Assembly (NCBI GenBank): GCA_029262835.1
Contig: JAJCYQ010000095.1
Coordinates: forward strand, 71,573 to 135,572
DNA: 64,000 nt
DNA from: Bacteroidota bacterium
GTDB lineage: Bacteria > Bacteroidota > Rhodothermia > Rhodothermales > UBA10348
Reading direction: 5' to 3'
The notes beneath the pieces are model-generated. The model saw only the letters and a list, made by a program, of their open reading frames with translations. It was not told where the DNA came from and ran no database searches. The position numbers and the translations under genes are program-made. Positions 40,001 to 49,184 of the stretch are shown here, piece after piece (the stretch's first letter is position 1; the number at the start of each line of letters is the position of its first letter).

Positions 40001-40492
40001 CAGCGACGCCATGATGCGGAGACCCGGCGTCAGTTCCCCCTCCATTTCGAAACGCAGGGCGGACTCGATCGATGCATCACGACCCGATCCGGCCACGACG
40101 CCGCGCGTTACCGACCCGGAACGCCGGAGGTCGGGGACGCGGGACTGCACGACGGGACGCAACGCAGCACGCTCCTTTTCATCGGCATTCGGCCACGCCC
40201 GGACACCCGCAGGGCGGCCGAGTGGAATGTAGGCGTACGTGGCCACGAGACGCATGGACGAGTCCGCAGCAACGGCGTGGAGTTGCAGCAGCCCGGCGGC
40301 GGCATCGAGCGTGTAGGAGGATGGCGAAATCGAACGTAATGGATCCACCATTTTCAGGTGCAGGCTACCCTCGACAACAAACGGCCGCAGTTGGAAAGGG
40401 CCTGGTCCGACGACGTTCAACGTATCGGAAACGACGGGTGCTTCCTGGGCCTTTGCGACCCCATAATCGCACAAAAGTACGATCAGGACCAT
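37046..40492 (-). CDS. Very large predicted outer-membrane/secreted beta-rich protein, function unknown (~1148 aa)
   Basis: Single uninterrupted ORF. The internal ATG at 40492 gives a signal-peptide-like start, MVLIVLLCDYGVAKAQ/EAP. The sequence is R/S/T/G-rich with alternating hydrophobic residues throughout. It ends in an amphipathic strand, GRFQLTARL. I see no catalytic or TonB-plug motif. Confidence 0.6.
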   Translation of the reverse strand: MVLIVLLCDYGVAKAQEAPVVSDTLNVVGPGPFQLRPFVVEGSLHLKMVDPLRSISPSSYTLDAAAGLLQLHAVAADSSMRLVATYAYIPLGRPAGVRAWPNADEKERAALRPVVQSRVPDLRRSGSVTRGVVAGSGRDASIESALRFEMEGELTPGLRIMASLTDEDTPVLPQGTTRRLDQFDRVFIRLSMDRGELQLGDVDVMHRSGTYGLVRRSLQGAFLEVGSRVERSSSSGTAPWQTRVAGATSRGVFRSQQIQALDGVQGPYRLEGTTGERFILVLPGSERVFLDGQLLTRGAQEDYTIDYTTAEVSFTSRHIIGRERRIRVEFEFTTNQFTRTFVFGAGRARMRYADIDVTAIREADGNAFTEELAFTAEDSAAVIGAGDTTPLRSGAREVTYDPEALFTQYFEEQRVLPGGDTLAVFIPVLREPMEGERVFRVTFTRLGAGEGSYIRTGAGNANGIVFRFVGEGQGEYEPVVPLSAPRSQELVSLHMVSRALPLAQVSLEWAGSRLDRNRLSTLDDNDDRGNALAAALKTDRWRPGAPSIWVEAEGRFERRSSYFTAFDRTRDVEFERTWNITSSPGSAVTQNVVAGEEEARSTGRVTVGLADSTRLDATVEKMDLGSAFDGVLQRIAVQSFEPGKPSLDARVSWTRTRDGLSRPGVLQEGVWRRHSARMAAPNGISIRPWVRWESEHMTARQGERAIISLEPDFTLYGAGLDAGRGGLSGFLGVEVRSETRFSRSTAPSDVDILTSRFGSRLSRTKIETDLSVGWRQTRQDGQASDDALLMTASGQIRPSRRSRLDVLYDAKSERSATLQEIFIRTGPERGQFVWVDANTDGVIQLDEFIPETNPTEGDYVRTLLPSDSLEAVTSVTGRIRLDIRPERTQKLGGLGSTTVLEVQETSRTPSRRDVYLLKLGTFRTPGETIRGRVRVAQTVTLLPWVRSADMDVTAQTVRSLSSLASGSEASRTDLVDVETSWRATPVWTWGLGLARELERSESAQFATRSFDVVSWRVRPSARLSVTRRWSVASNPAVSFKTERQSETNASVWIWPIESTWALESRVRVTARLEHARVTLRSGSAGAASAGLVGFQLTEGRGGGASWLWRTGLQAELSDRLSARLTYDGRAPSSGRTIHTGRFQLTARL

Positions 40493-40663
40493 GCAACCCG
40501 TCCTGATAAGCCCGTGTGGTAAATGACGATGCTGCTGTTGCACCCTGCGCCCGAATGGTCTGTCGACTGACGCAGTCACAAACACGCCCGTGGCAGGGCA
40601 GTTTCCCACCCGTTGCCACATCACACAAACTGGCCCTACATTGGATAACGTTCAATAAGCAGA

Positions 40664-42046
40664 ATGATCATGGCCAACGACGCAACAGTCCGCAGGATCG
40701 CCGTCATCGGCGCAGGCCCCGCCGGGTTCTATGCCGCTGAACACCTGCTCAAACAGAGTGAGCCCCCCATTGCCGTCGACATGTTCGATCGGCTGCCCAC
40801 CCCCTACGGCCTGGTACGTGCCGGCGTGGCACCGGACCACGAGAAAATCAAGAACGTAACGCGCGTTTTCGACAAGACGGCAGAACGCGAGGGCTTCCGT
40901 TTCTTTGGAAACGTCGATTTCGGGACGGACATCACGATCGACGACGTGAAGCAGCACTATCACCAGGTCTACTTCTCAACGGGCGCACAGGTAGACCGTT
41001 CGCTTGGCATTGAAGGTGAGGAGCTGCCCCGCAGCCATTCTGCCACTGAATTCGTAGCCTGGTACAATGGACACCCGGACTTCCGGGACCTTGAATTTGA
41101 CCTGTCCCAGGAGCGCGTGGCGGTCATTGGTGTCGGCAATGTGGCCGTTGACGTCGCGCGCATTCTGTGCCGGACGACGGAAGAACTGAGAAAAACAGAT
41201 ATCGCTGATCATGCACTTGAGCAGCTGGCAGAAAGCCGCGTGCGAGAGATCGTCATGATTGGACGGCGCGGTCCCGCCCAGGCGGCGTTTACCCTCCCTG
41301 AAATCAAGGAGCTCGGCCACATGGAAGACGCCGGCATATCCGTCATGGGCAAAGACATGGAGCTCGACGAGCACTCACGCGCCCAACTGGAGAAAAACCC
41401 GGACAGGCTGACGACCAAGAAACTGGAGGTCATGCAGGGGTACGTAGGCGGCACGAATCCACAGGCATCCCGGCAGTGCATTATTCGTTTTCTATTGTCT
41501 CCCATCGCTTTACACATGACGGATGATGGTGGCGTAGGAAGCATGACACTCATGGAAAACCGCCTTGAACCCGGACGTGGAAGCCGTCTGTCGGCGGTCC
41601 CGACCGGAAACACCATGACCCTTTCGTGCGGACTCGTGTTCCGGTCCGTCGGATACCATGGGGTAGCACTTTCAGACATCCCGTTTCGAGAAGACTGGGG
41701 TACCGTTCCCAACGATCGCGGACGCGTTACGCGCGACGATGGCTCTCACATGGTGGGCGTCTACGTGGGAGGCTGGATCAAGCGGGGGCCGACAGGGATC
41801 ATCGGAACCAATAAACCCGACGCCATAGAAACGGCCACATGCATGCTCGAGGACCTGGCCAGCGGCGCGTCGTTCACGCCCAGCGCAGACGACATGGCCA
41901 AAACGCTCCGGAAACGCGGCATCGATTTTGTCACCTTCGATGACTGGAAAATACTGGACGCCCTTGAGACGGAGAACGGCCTTGCCCAGGGGCGACCGCG
42001 CGTCAAGTTTACACGCGTTCAGGACATGCTCAGCGCCCTGGGGTGA
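40664..42046 (+). CDS. FprA/adrenodoxin-reductase-type NADPH:ferredoxin oxidoreductase
   Basis: Collinear with mycobacterial FprA as I recall it: IAVIGAGPAGFYAA, LPTPYGLVRAGVAPDH, VAVIGVGNVAVDVARIL, GRRGPAQAAFT, RSVGY and GWIKRGPTGIIGTNK. Confidence 0.85.
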   Translation: MIMANDATVRRIAVIGAGPAGFYAAEHLLKQSEPPIAVDMFDRLPTPYGLVRAGVAPDHEKIKNVTRVFDKTAEREGFRFFGNVDFGTDITIDDVKQHYHQVYFSTGAQVDRSLGIEGEELPRSHSATEFVAWYNGHPDFRDLEFDLSQERVAVIGVGNVAVDVARILCRTTEELRKTDIADHALEQLAESRVREIVMIGRRGPAQAAFTLPEIKELGHMEDAGISVMGKDMELDEHSRAQLEKNPDRLTTKKLEVMQGYVGGTNPQASRQCIIRFLLSPIALHMTDDGGVGSMTLMENRLEPGRGSRLSAVPTGNTMTLSCGLVFRSVGYHGVALSDIPFREDWGTVPNDRGRVTRDDGSHMVGVYVGGWIKRGPTGIIGTNKPDAIETATCMLEDLASGASFTPSADDMAKTLRKRGIDFVTFDDWKILDALETENGLAQGRPRVKFTRVQDMLSALG

Positions 42047-42245
42047 CCGCTGTCAGTTGGAAGCCTTCTTCCTCGATCGCCGCGCTGAACACCTCTTTGC
42101 CAACAGCGCCGGGACCGGCTTCCACGACAGCCCTTCCGATCTCAACTTTTACTACCTGCACGTCCTCAAGTGCGGACAGGGCTTCTTCCACTGCGCGCAC
42201 GCAGTGCCCGCAGCTCATTCCGTCAATGGTTAGTGTCTGTTCCAT
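42030..42245 (-). CDS. copZ: Copper chaperone (HMA domain)
   Basis: 71-aa [26 protein letters not shown], carrying the MxCxxC metal-binding motif. Its start lies 23 nt inside the 3' end of copA. Confidence 0.85.
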   Translation of the reverse strand: MEQTLTIDGMSCGHCVRAVEEALSALEDVQVVKVEIGRAVVEAGPGAVGKEVFSAAIEEEGFQLTAVTPGR

Positions 42246-44637
42246 GATCCATGTCCGGCCCGCGACGCGGGCCCCGTTGTGATTGCTTCAATCTGAGGCT
42301 GTTCGAAACGACCGATACGCTGGAAAGTGCCATCGCCGCAGAGGCGATCATGGGACTGAGCAGCCAGCCGGTGAACGGGTACAGCACGCCTGCTGCCACC
42401 GGAATGCAGATTACATTGTAGATGAAGGCGAAAAACAGGTTCTGCCGGATGACACGCATGGTTTGCCGCGAGTCCTCGATGGCCTGCGGCACGAGGAGAA
42501 GATCATCGTTCATGAGCGTCACATCGCTCGATTCCATAGCGATATCCGTACCACTGCGAACAGCCATGCCGACATCTGCCGCCGCGAGCGCCGGTGCGTC
42601 ATTGATCCCGTCCCCTACCATTCCGACCAGTCCATGCTGCCCGCGCAGATCGCTGATCGCATCCACCTTGCCGCGTGGCAATAGGCTCGCCGTGTACCGG
42701 TCAATACCTGCCTCCCGGGCAATTCGTCGGGCTGTAGCTTCCCGGTCGCCTGTGAGCATGACCACCTCGACGCCCAGGGCCTTGAGGCGTGAGACAGCCT
42801 GGCGCGCATCGAGTCGGATCGGGTCCTCAAATGTAATACTTCCAAGGTATGCACGCCCACGGGCGACATGGATGAGGCCCTGTTCGACGTCCTCAGACGC
42901 ACCGGACACATCGACGTCCGCATCGACCAGAAAAGAAAGGGACCCGACATGAACGCGCTCTCCGTCTACGTCGGCTGCCACCCCCCGCCCTGTATTGGAT
43001 TCAAATCCAGTCGACCCCGGAATGGACAGATCCTCTTCGCGGGCGGCGCGAACCACCGCCCGTGCCAGCGGATGCTCCGAGTGGATTTCGACGGCGGCCG
43101 CCATGGCGAGCACACGCTGCCGCTCTCCACGAATGCTCCCCACAACAGGCTTACCCTCTGTCACGGTCCCCGTCTTGTCCAGCGCCACTATTCCCAGCCT
43201 GCCGGCACGTTCAATGGCGGAGGCTTCACGGATCAGGATCCCGATGGATGCAGCGCGACCGGTAGCCACCACAACAGCGGTCGGAGTAGCCAGCCCGAGC
43301 GCACACGGGCATGCAATGATGAGGACGGACACAGCGCGGAGCAGCGCGTGGTTGAGCGCCGGATCGGGCCCAATAAAGACCCATATGAGACCGGTCGCGA
43401 GGGCCACGAGCATGACGATCGGCACAAAAATCGACGCTATCCGATCGGCCAGTTTCTGGATTGGAGCCTTTGAGCCCTGGGCGCGGTGCACCAGATCCAC
43501 GATCTGGCGCAGCATGGTATCGTCTCCAGTACGGACAACTTCCACGACGACGGAGCCCGTCTCATTCAGTGTGCCAGCCACGACGCGGTCGTCTTTCTGC
43601 TTCTCAACAGGCAACGGCTCCCCGGTCAACATGCTCTCGTCCACACTCGTCACTCCATCAAGAATGCGCCCGTCGACCGGAACGCGCTCGCCAGGGCGGA
43701 CGCGGACACGATCACCGAGCACGATGTCGCTTACGGGAACGGTTTCTTCGTCCTCTCCCGAGAGTCGATGCGCCGTCTCGGGCTGGAGTTTCATGAGTTT
43801 TCGTACGGCGGCTCCCGTTCTACCCTTCGCGCGTTCCTCAAGCAGACGCCCTGCCAGAATCAGCGTGACAATCACGGAAGCCGCCTCAAAATAGAATTCG
43901 GGAGCCGCCTGCCCAGGAAAAAACCCGGGTACCAGCAGGGCGGCCGTACTGTAACTCCATGCGGCTCCCACGCCGAGCGCCACGAGGGTATTCATATCCG
44001 TTGCGCCGTGGCGCGCTGCCGTCCATGCCGAGGTGAAGAACGGGCGCCCCGCCCACACGACCACCGGTGTCGCCAGAACAAACTGTATCCACCCCTCCAT
44101 CGGGATGTGCCACGCGCCGTGCGACATGGCGATCAGAAAGAGAGGCACCGTCAACACGGCCGCGGCTACGACGCGCCGTTTGAGAATACGCACTCGCGTC
44201 TGCTGGTGCGATTCGTCTGGTTGACGCGTGGCCTCGGCGCCCGAAGCGCCACGGAAACGACTGAATATTTCCTGCAACATCAGCCCGGACAGGACGGACG
44301 CTACATATTTTACCTGCAGCACCGTCTGGCCTTCTGTTGGCACGGGCTTGACGTCGAGCACGCCGTTCGTGGCAAGGAGCACGCGGGTGGCCTCGGCCGC
44401 CGCTTCCGGCTCCGCAAACACGGCTTCCGCCTCGGCCACCCGCACCGAATACCCCGTCTTCTCAATCACATCTACAATGTCCTGGACCGACGCGCCCGAT
44501 GACGTGACCTGCGCCTTCTCCGTCGCATAGTTGACTGCTACTCCGTCCACACCTTCTGCCTTGCCAAGTTTCCGCTCAATTCGGAGCGCACATGCTGCGC
44601 ACGTCATCCCCTCCACGGCTATTGCATACTCTTCCAT
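42223..44637 (-). CDS. copA: Copper-translocating P1B-type ATPase
   Basis: Track ORF trimmed to the ATG at 44637 ([21 protein letters not shown]). Contains the CPC motif ([13 protein letters not shown]), the phosphorylation site [11 protein letters not shown] and the hinge [12 protein letters not shown]. Confidence 0.9.
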   Translation of the reverse strand: MEEYAIAVEGMTCAACALRIERKLGKAEGVDGVAVNYATEKAQVTSSGASVQDIVDVIEKTGYSVRVAEAEAVFAEPEAAAEATRVLLATNGVLDVKPVPTEGQTVLQVKYVASVLSGLMLQEIFSRFRGASGAEATRQPDESHQQTRVRILKRRVVAAAVLTVPLFLIAMSHGAWHIPMEGWIQFVLATPVVVWAGRPFFTSAWTAARHGATDMNTLVALGVGAAWSYSTAALLVPGFFPGQAAPEFYFEAASVIVTLILAGRLLEERAKGRTGAAVRKLMKLQPETAHRLSGEDEETVPVSDIVLGDRVRVRPGERVPVDGRILDGVTSVDESMLTGEPLPVEKQKDDRVVAGTLNETGSVVVEVVRTGDDTMLRQIVDLVHRAQGSKAPIQKLADRIASIFVPIVMLVALATGLIWVFIGPDPALNHALLRAVSVLIIACPCALGLATPTAVVVATGRAASIGILIREASAIERAGRLGIVALDKTGTVTEGKPVVGSIRGERQRVLAMAAAVEIHSEHPLARAVVRAAREEDLSIPGSTGFESNTGRGVAADVDGERVHVGSLSFLVDADVDVSGASEDVEQGLIHVARGRAYLGSITFEDPIRLDARQAVSRLKALGVEVVMLTGDREATARRIAREAGIDRYTASLLPRGKVDAISDLRGQHGLVGMVGDGINDAPALAAADVGMAVRSGTDIAMESSDVTLMNDDLLLVPQAIEDSRQTMRVIRQNLFFAFIYNVICIPVAAGVLYPFTGWLLSPMIASAAMALSSVSVVSNSLRLKQSQRGPRRGPDMDHGTDTNH

Positions 44638-44722
44638 TTCGCCTTCCTGCGTGTTAACACCGTTCGAACCTTTGCATGTATGAACACGTTCCACGGCGTC
44701 ACCCAACAAACGGCCCCGTCCG

Positions 44723-45748
44723 ATGGCCAAGGAAAAAACCCGTATCACGATCTACGACGTGGCCAGCCACGCCAGCGTGGCCATCTCCACCGTATCTCGT
44801 GTCCTCAATCAGTCTCCCGAAGTCTCCCCTGCCACGCGAAACAGGGTCGAACGCGCGATCTCGGAGTTGCAGTACCGACCGGACCGAACAGCACGGTCAC
44901 TGGCGCAGCAGGAGTACAACACACTCGCCGTCGCGCTTCCCTCCTTCACCGCGCCGTTCCAGAATGAACTGCTCAAGGGCATACGGACGTGCATACGCGA
45001 ACACGCGCTGGATCTACTCATCTGTGATCTCGGCTCCTCGAATCACGATCGGGCACTCCTGGATTTTTTGAAACGGGGCGCTGTCCAGGGTATGCTTATT
45101 GGTGGGATGCAGATCGGCGCGCAGGTCAGGTCCGCGCTGCAGACCCTTCAGGCGCCCACGGCCGTGATCGGTGATCTGTGCGATGGAGTAGACAGCTACA
45201 CCTGGGACGACACGACGGGCGCAGCGGACGCTGTCGGCCATCTTATTGAGCGCGGCCACCGACATATCGCCATGATCCGGTCTGCCACCCGAAGTACGCT
45301 ACAGGAAGCCCGGGCCGACGGATACCGCGCGGCGCTACAGGCAGCCGGACTGTCTGTCGACGAGGAGCTTGTGCTGGCGGGTCGGATTGAAAAGCATGGT
45401 GGATTCAGCGAGGAGGATGGACACGACGCCATGAAACAGATTCTCGAACGCTTCCCCAGAGTAACGGCGGTGTTTGCCAGCAGTGACGTGCAGGCTATTG
45501 GCGCCCTGTCGGCGCTCGCAGATTCTGGGCGCCGATCCCCTGACGACATGGCCATTGTTGGCTACGACGACATCAAGACGAGTCGCTTCATCGGCCTCTC
45601 ATCGGTCAGCCAGTTCATGCAGCAGACCGCTCTCGAGGCGACACGGCGCCTTCTGGCGCGCATCGAAGGGTCCGACGCCGCGCCGCCCATCCAGCGTACC
45701 ATGAAACCCGAACTACACATTCGATATTCTTCAGACAGGGCAATATGA
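44723..45748 (+). CDS. LacI/PurR-family transcriptional regulator
   Basis: N-terminal [27 protein letters not shown]...[10 protein letters not shown], followed by a periplasmic-binding-protein-like sensor domain. Its stop overlaps the purC ATG (ATGA at 45745-45748). Confidence 0.85.
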   Translation: MAKEKTRITIYDVASHASVAISTVSRVLNQSPEVSPATRNRVERAISELQYRPDRTARSLAQQEYNTLAVALPSFTAPFQNELLKGIRTCIREHALDLLICDLGSSNHDRALLDFLKRGAVQGMLIGGMQIGAQVRSALQTLQAPTAVIGDLCDGVDSYTWDDTTGAADAVGHLIERGHRHIAMIRSATRSTLQEARADGYRAALQAAGLSVDEELVLAGRIEKHGGFSEEDGHDAMKQILERFPRVTAVFASSDVQAIGALSALADSGRRSPDDMAIVGYDDIKTSRFIGLSSVSQFMQQTALEATRRLLARIEGSDAAPPIQRTMKPELHIRYSSDRAI

Positions 45749-46722
45749 CTACACGGGAGGCCATTCGCGCCCACCTCGACCATACCGTCACGGAAACCCA
45801 TTTCCAACATCTTGGAATGCGATACAAGGGTAAGGTCCGGGACACGTACCGCAACGGAGAGGTCCTCATCCTCGTGACGACCGACCGGATCAGCGCGTTT
45901 GATCATGTGTTGCGTCAGGGCATTCCGTTCAAGGGCCAGGTGCTCAACCAGTTGGCGGCATGGTTCTTCGAGGAGACGAAAGGTGTCTGTCCAAACCATG
46001 TCATCTCCATCCCAGATCCAAATGTGACGCTGGCCCACCGTTGTCACGCCGTGCCGGTTGAATTTGTCGTCCGCGGATACCTTGCTGGCCATGCATGGCG
46101 CACGTATCGGGACGGACACCGGACGCTCTGCGGTAAAACACTGCCCGATGGTCTTTCGCAGAACAGCCGCCTTCCGGAACCCATCCTGACACCGGCAACC
46201 AAGGCCATCGCCGGACACGACGAAGACACTTCGCGGGAAGACGTCATTGCACGCGGTATCCTTTCTGAGGATGACTTCGATCTGCTCGAGTCCAGGGCAC
46301 TGGACCTCTTCGCCCGGGGCACGGAACTGGCTGCTGAGCGCGGATTGATCCTGGTCGATACAAAGTACGAATTCGGCCGGTACCTCGACGGCACATTTCG
46401 GGTAATCGACGAGATTCACACGCCCGATTCGTCCCGTTATTTCTATAGTGATACATACACTGACCGCCTAGAACGCAATGCACCACAACGGCAACTTTCC
46501 AAGGAGTTTGTCCGGGAGTGGCTCATGGACCATGGCTTTCAGGGTCGCGCCGATGAGCAGCTTCCCGACCTCTCAGACGAATTCCGGATAGACGTCTCCG
46601 CGCGGTACATGGAGCTCTATGAGCAGATCACTGGCACACCATTTGAGCCGGACACTGCTTCCGAACCAATTGCCCGGATGGAGCACGCGCTCGCCAGCCT
46701 GGCATCAAAGGGTCCTGCCTGA
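45745..46722 (+). CDS. purC: Phosphoribosylaminoimidazole-succinocarboxamide (SAICAR) synthase
   Basis: 325-aa ORF. GKVRDTY, LVTTDRISAFD, EFVVRGYLAG, LVDTKYEFG and the overall long-form PurC layout. Confidence 0.9.
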   Translation: MTTREAIRAHLDHTVTETHFQHLGMRYKGKVRDTYRNGEVLILVTTDRISAFDHVLRQGIPFKGQVLNQLAAWFFEETKGVCPNHVISIPDPNVTLAHRCHAVPVEFVVRGYLAGHAWRTYRDGHRTLCGKTLPDGLSQNSRLPEPILTPATKAIAGHDEDTSREDVIARGILSEDDFDLLESRALDLFARGTELAAERGLILVDTKYEFGRYLDGTFRVIDEIHTPDSSRYFYSDTYTDRLERNAPQRQLSKEFVREWLMDHGFQGRADEQLPDLSDEFRIDVSARYMELYEQITGTPFEPDTASEPIARMEHALASLASKGPA

Positions 46723-46737
46723 CCCGCACACGAAGAA

Positions 46738-47184
46738 TTACCAGGACCCCTCGTGCCACGACGACGAGCCACTTCGGAACGTTTCCCGTTTCCAGATGGG
46801 TACACGATGCTTGAGCGTGTCTATCAGCCAGTTGCAGGCATTGAACGCGGGTTGCCTGTGCGCCGATGCTACACCGATGAGTACGCTGACTTCCGACACC
46901 GGGACCTCTCCGATCCTGTGCCAGATGAGTGCACGCAATATCGGCCACCTGATGGCTGCCTCCTCCAGCAGACGGGCACACTCGGCCTTGGCCAGGGGAA
47001 CGTGCGCTTCATAGCTCAGCACCACGGTCTCCTCACCGCGCGTAAAGCGGCGCGTCGTACCGGCAAAAAGAACATTTCCACCGCTTCCGCCTTTGGCAAG
47101 GAATGCCATTGCGGCGTCGGCTGGCGGAATGTCCATTCCAATGCGGACATCGAATGCAGCGGCAGTGTGCATCTGATCGATCAT
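46738..47184 (-). CDS. moaE: Molybdopterin synthase catalytic subunit
   Basis: 148-aa ORF. GAVLxFxG-type block GNVLFAGTTRRFTRGE, then YEAHVPLA, VSVLIGVASAHRQPAF and PIWKRE. Four-nt overlap with moaD. Confidence 0.85.
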   Translation of the reverse strand: MIDQMHTAAAFDVRIGMDIPPADAAMAFLAKGGSGGNVLFAGTTRRFTRGEETVVLSYEAHVPLAKAECARLLEEAAIRWPILRALIWHRIGEVPVSEVSVLIGVASAHRQPAFNACNWLIDTLKHRVPIWKRETFRSGSSSWHEGSW

Positions 47185-47426
47185 CCGCCACTTACCGGCG
47201 TAAGCAGCGCAAGCTCATCACGATCTGACAGCACGTGCGAATCGTCTACAAAAGATGTGCCTACCGCGAAACGGAGTGCTGACCGCATGCGTGCCACCTC
47301 GTCGTAACGCGTGGCCAGCAGGCTGACCACGTCCTCCACACGCGCTCCCGTAGCCACCCCGACGACTTCTTTACCTCGGCCAAGGGCAGAACGCAGATGT
47401 GAGAAATAGAGGATAGTGACGTGCAC
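47181..47426 (-). CDS. moaD: Molybdopterin synthase sulfur-carrier subunit (MoaD/ThiS fold)
   Basis: 81-aa ORF with a GTG start, ending in the diagnostic ...LTPVSGG. Immediately upstream of moaE. Confidence 0.8.
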   Translation of the reverse strand: MHVTILYFSHLRSALGRGKEVVGVATGARVEDVVSLLATRYDEVARMRSALRFAVGTSFVDDSHVLSDRDELALLTPVSGG

Positions 47427-47447
47427 GAGTCTGGTATACTTATCGTG

Positions 47448-47906
47448 TCAGAGAGTTTTAACAACCTCTTTGACTGCATCGAGATCAGGCATGTCACCAG
47501 CACTTTCCAGCACTTCCGCATACTGGACAATACCGTCCCGGTCTACGACAAACGCAGCGCGCTTCGAAATACGATCGAGCTTCATGGGTGTAAAATCGTT
47601 GTCGTACTTGCACCCATACGCTGCGGACACATCACCGTCATGGTCGCTGAGCAGATCAAATCGAAAATCATTTGCTTCTGAAAATGCCTTCAGCGCAAAC
47701 GGTGAATCGGTCGAGACACCGCGCACAATGGCGCTTCCATACGCTTCCAGTTCGTGGCTGACAGTATTCAGCTCTGTTGTGCAGACACTGGTAAAAGCAC
47801 CTGGAAAGAACAGGAGTACGACCGGCTTTTCCTGAAGGGAAAGCTTGAACGGTTCGTTTTTGTCTGAATAAAGCAGAAAGTCAGGGGCCTTGTCTCCGGT
47901 AGTCAT
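47448..47906 (-). CDS. Peroxiredoxin (AhpC/TSA, Bcp/PrxQ-like)
   Basis: 152-aa ORF. KAPDF...LLFFPGAFTSVCTTE carries the PxxxTxxC peroxidatic-cysteine motif. Confidence 0.85.
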   Translation of the reverse strand: MTTGDKAPDFLLYSDKNEPFKLSLQEKPVVLLFFPGAFTSVCTTELNTVSHELEAYGSAIVRGVSTDSPFALKAFSEANDFRFDLLSDHDGDVSAAYGCKYDNDFTPMKLDRISKRAAFVVDRDGIVQYAEVLESAGDMPDLDAVKEVVKTL

Positions 47907-47909
47907 GAG

Positions 47910-49133
47910 TCAGTGCTGTAGATGAATGGCACGAATGGGGTCAATTCTGGATGCGTACCGGGCTGGTACAAAGGCCGCCCCGGTACACAGTATGCATGTT
48001 AGTAGTGGTACGAGTGCGAAGTCAAGTAGAGACAGTGCAATCGGCGCCTCTTTCATATAATAGGCTTCTGCTGGCAGGGGGATGATCCCATACTCCATCT
48101 GAATCAGAGCAAACACGAGGGCAATTGTAGCACCAATTGTAGAACCTGCAAGTCCAATACCGAGTCCGACCCGTGTGAATGTGGCGGTCATATCCCTGCC
48201 GCGTGCTCCCATGCCCATAAGGACACCAATGTCCGAGCGCTTTTCGAGGATGACCATGAGCAGCGTGCCGATAACATTGACGGCAGCGACGAGAACGATG
48301 ATTGAGAGCACAAGCGGAATGATGCTCTGTTGCAGTCGCACCCACGCAAAGAGACTCCGGTAGACCTCGCTGATGGGTCTGGCCATAGCTGGAAACGGAA
48401 GCAGGTCGTCGAGAACCGTGGCTATGCGTTCATAGTCTTCCCCCTCCTCTACTCGTACGTCGATCCGAGACGCTGCATCGGGAGCATAGCCCACCAACTG
48501 CCGCGCACGGTCAATCTCCGTGAACAGATACAGGTCATCAAAATCCGCGAGCGACGACTCGTATAGACCGGCCACCGTGAACTGCCCGACGCGTGGCCGC
48601 CCCTGCATGCCATCTGATGGAACAGAGAACAGCGTAATCCTGTCTCCAGGTTCAACCTGCATGGAATGCGCGAGGGATGCACCCATGTATAGTTCGCCCG
48701 GTGACAGCTTCGTCCGCGACGTACCGGCCGTCAGCGCTACATAGCTTGGCAATTCATCGGTTCCCCAGATGGCAGCACCTTCGATGCGCTTTTCATCTGT
48801 CCTGAGTAATACGAATTCCAGCACGATCTGCGCCGTACCGACTACACCTTTCTGCTCTTCAGCAATCGCCGCGTAAGAATGGGCCTCGGCAAGGGGTGCG
48901 TCGCGCAGGCTTTCAATCTGGATCTGGGCTCCAAAACCGACTATTTTTCGGGTGATTTCATCGCTGAACCCGCGTACAATGGCAAGCGAAAGGATAAGCG
49001 TCGCGACACCAACAGCCACTCCGCCAACGGCAATCCGCACTACCAGCCGCAGAAAACGGCGTCCTTCAGAGCGTCCCTCCGCTCCGCGGAGGTACCTTAA
49101 TGCCAGAAAAGTCTGCAACGATTGGTTTCGCAT
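47910..49133 (-). CDS. LolC/LolE-like FtsX-family ABC transporter permease
   Basis: Start set at the ATG at 49133; the track start at 49151 is a TTG. LALRYLRG N-terminus, a large periplasmic loop and a C-terminal FtsX block, GVLMGMGARGRDMTATF...AFVPARYASRIDPIRAI. No cognate ATPase gene is adjacent. Confidence 0.75.
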   Translation of the reverse strand: MRNQSLQTFLALRYLRGAEGRSEGRRFLRLVVRIAVGGVAVGVATLILSLAIVRGFSDEITRKIVGFGAQIQIESLRDAPLAEAHSYAAIAEEQKGVVGTAQIVLEFVLLRTDEKRIEGAAIWGTDELPSYVALTAGTSRTKLSPGELYMGASLAHSMQVEPGDRITLFSVPSDGMQGRPRVGQFTVAGLYESSLADFDDLYLFTEIDRARQLVGYAPDAASRIDVRVEEGEDYERIATVLDDLLPFPAMARPISEVYRSLFAWVRLQQSIIPLVLSIIVLVAAVNVIGTLLMVILEKRSDIGVLMGMGARGRDMTATFTRVGLGIGLAGSTIGATIALVFALIQMEYGIIPLPAEAYYMKEAPIALSLLDFALVPLLTCILCTGAAFVPARYASRIDPIRAIHLQH

Positions 49134-49184
49134 GCGCTGTTGACGTTGCAACAGGCATTCGGATCCTTGCGCCTCGAAGAGGAC

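Noticed and set aside
42995-44502. Two long + strand ORFs (299 aa and 338 aa) opposite copA
   Set aside because: They are antisense shadows of a P-type ATPase gene whose CPC, DKTGT and GDGINDAP motifs are all intact.
42030-44637. copZ-copA as a horizontally acquired metal-resistance islet
   Set aside because: There are no flanking integrase, transposase, tRNA or direct repeats. The composition and acidic protein style look like the rest of the window.
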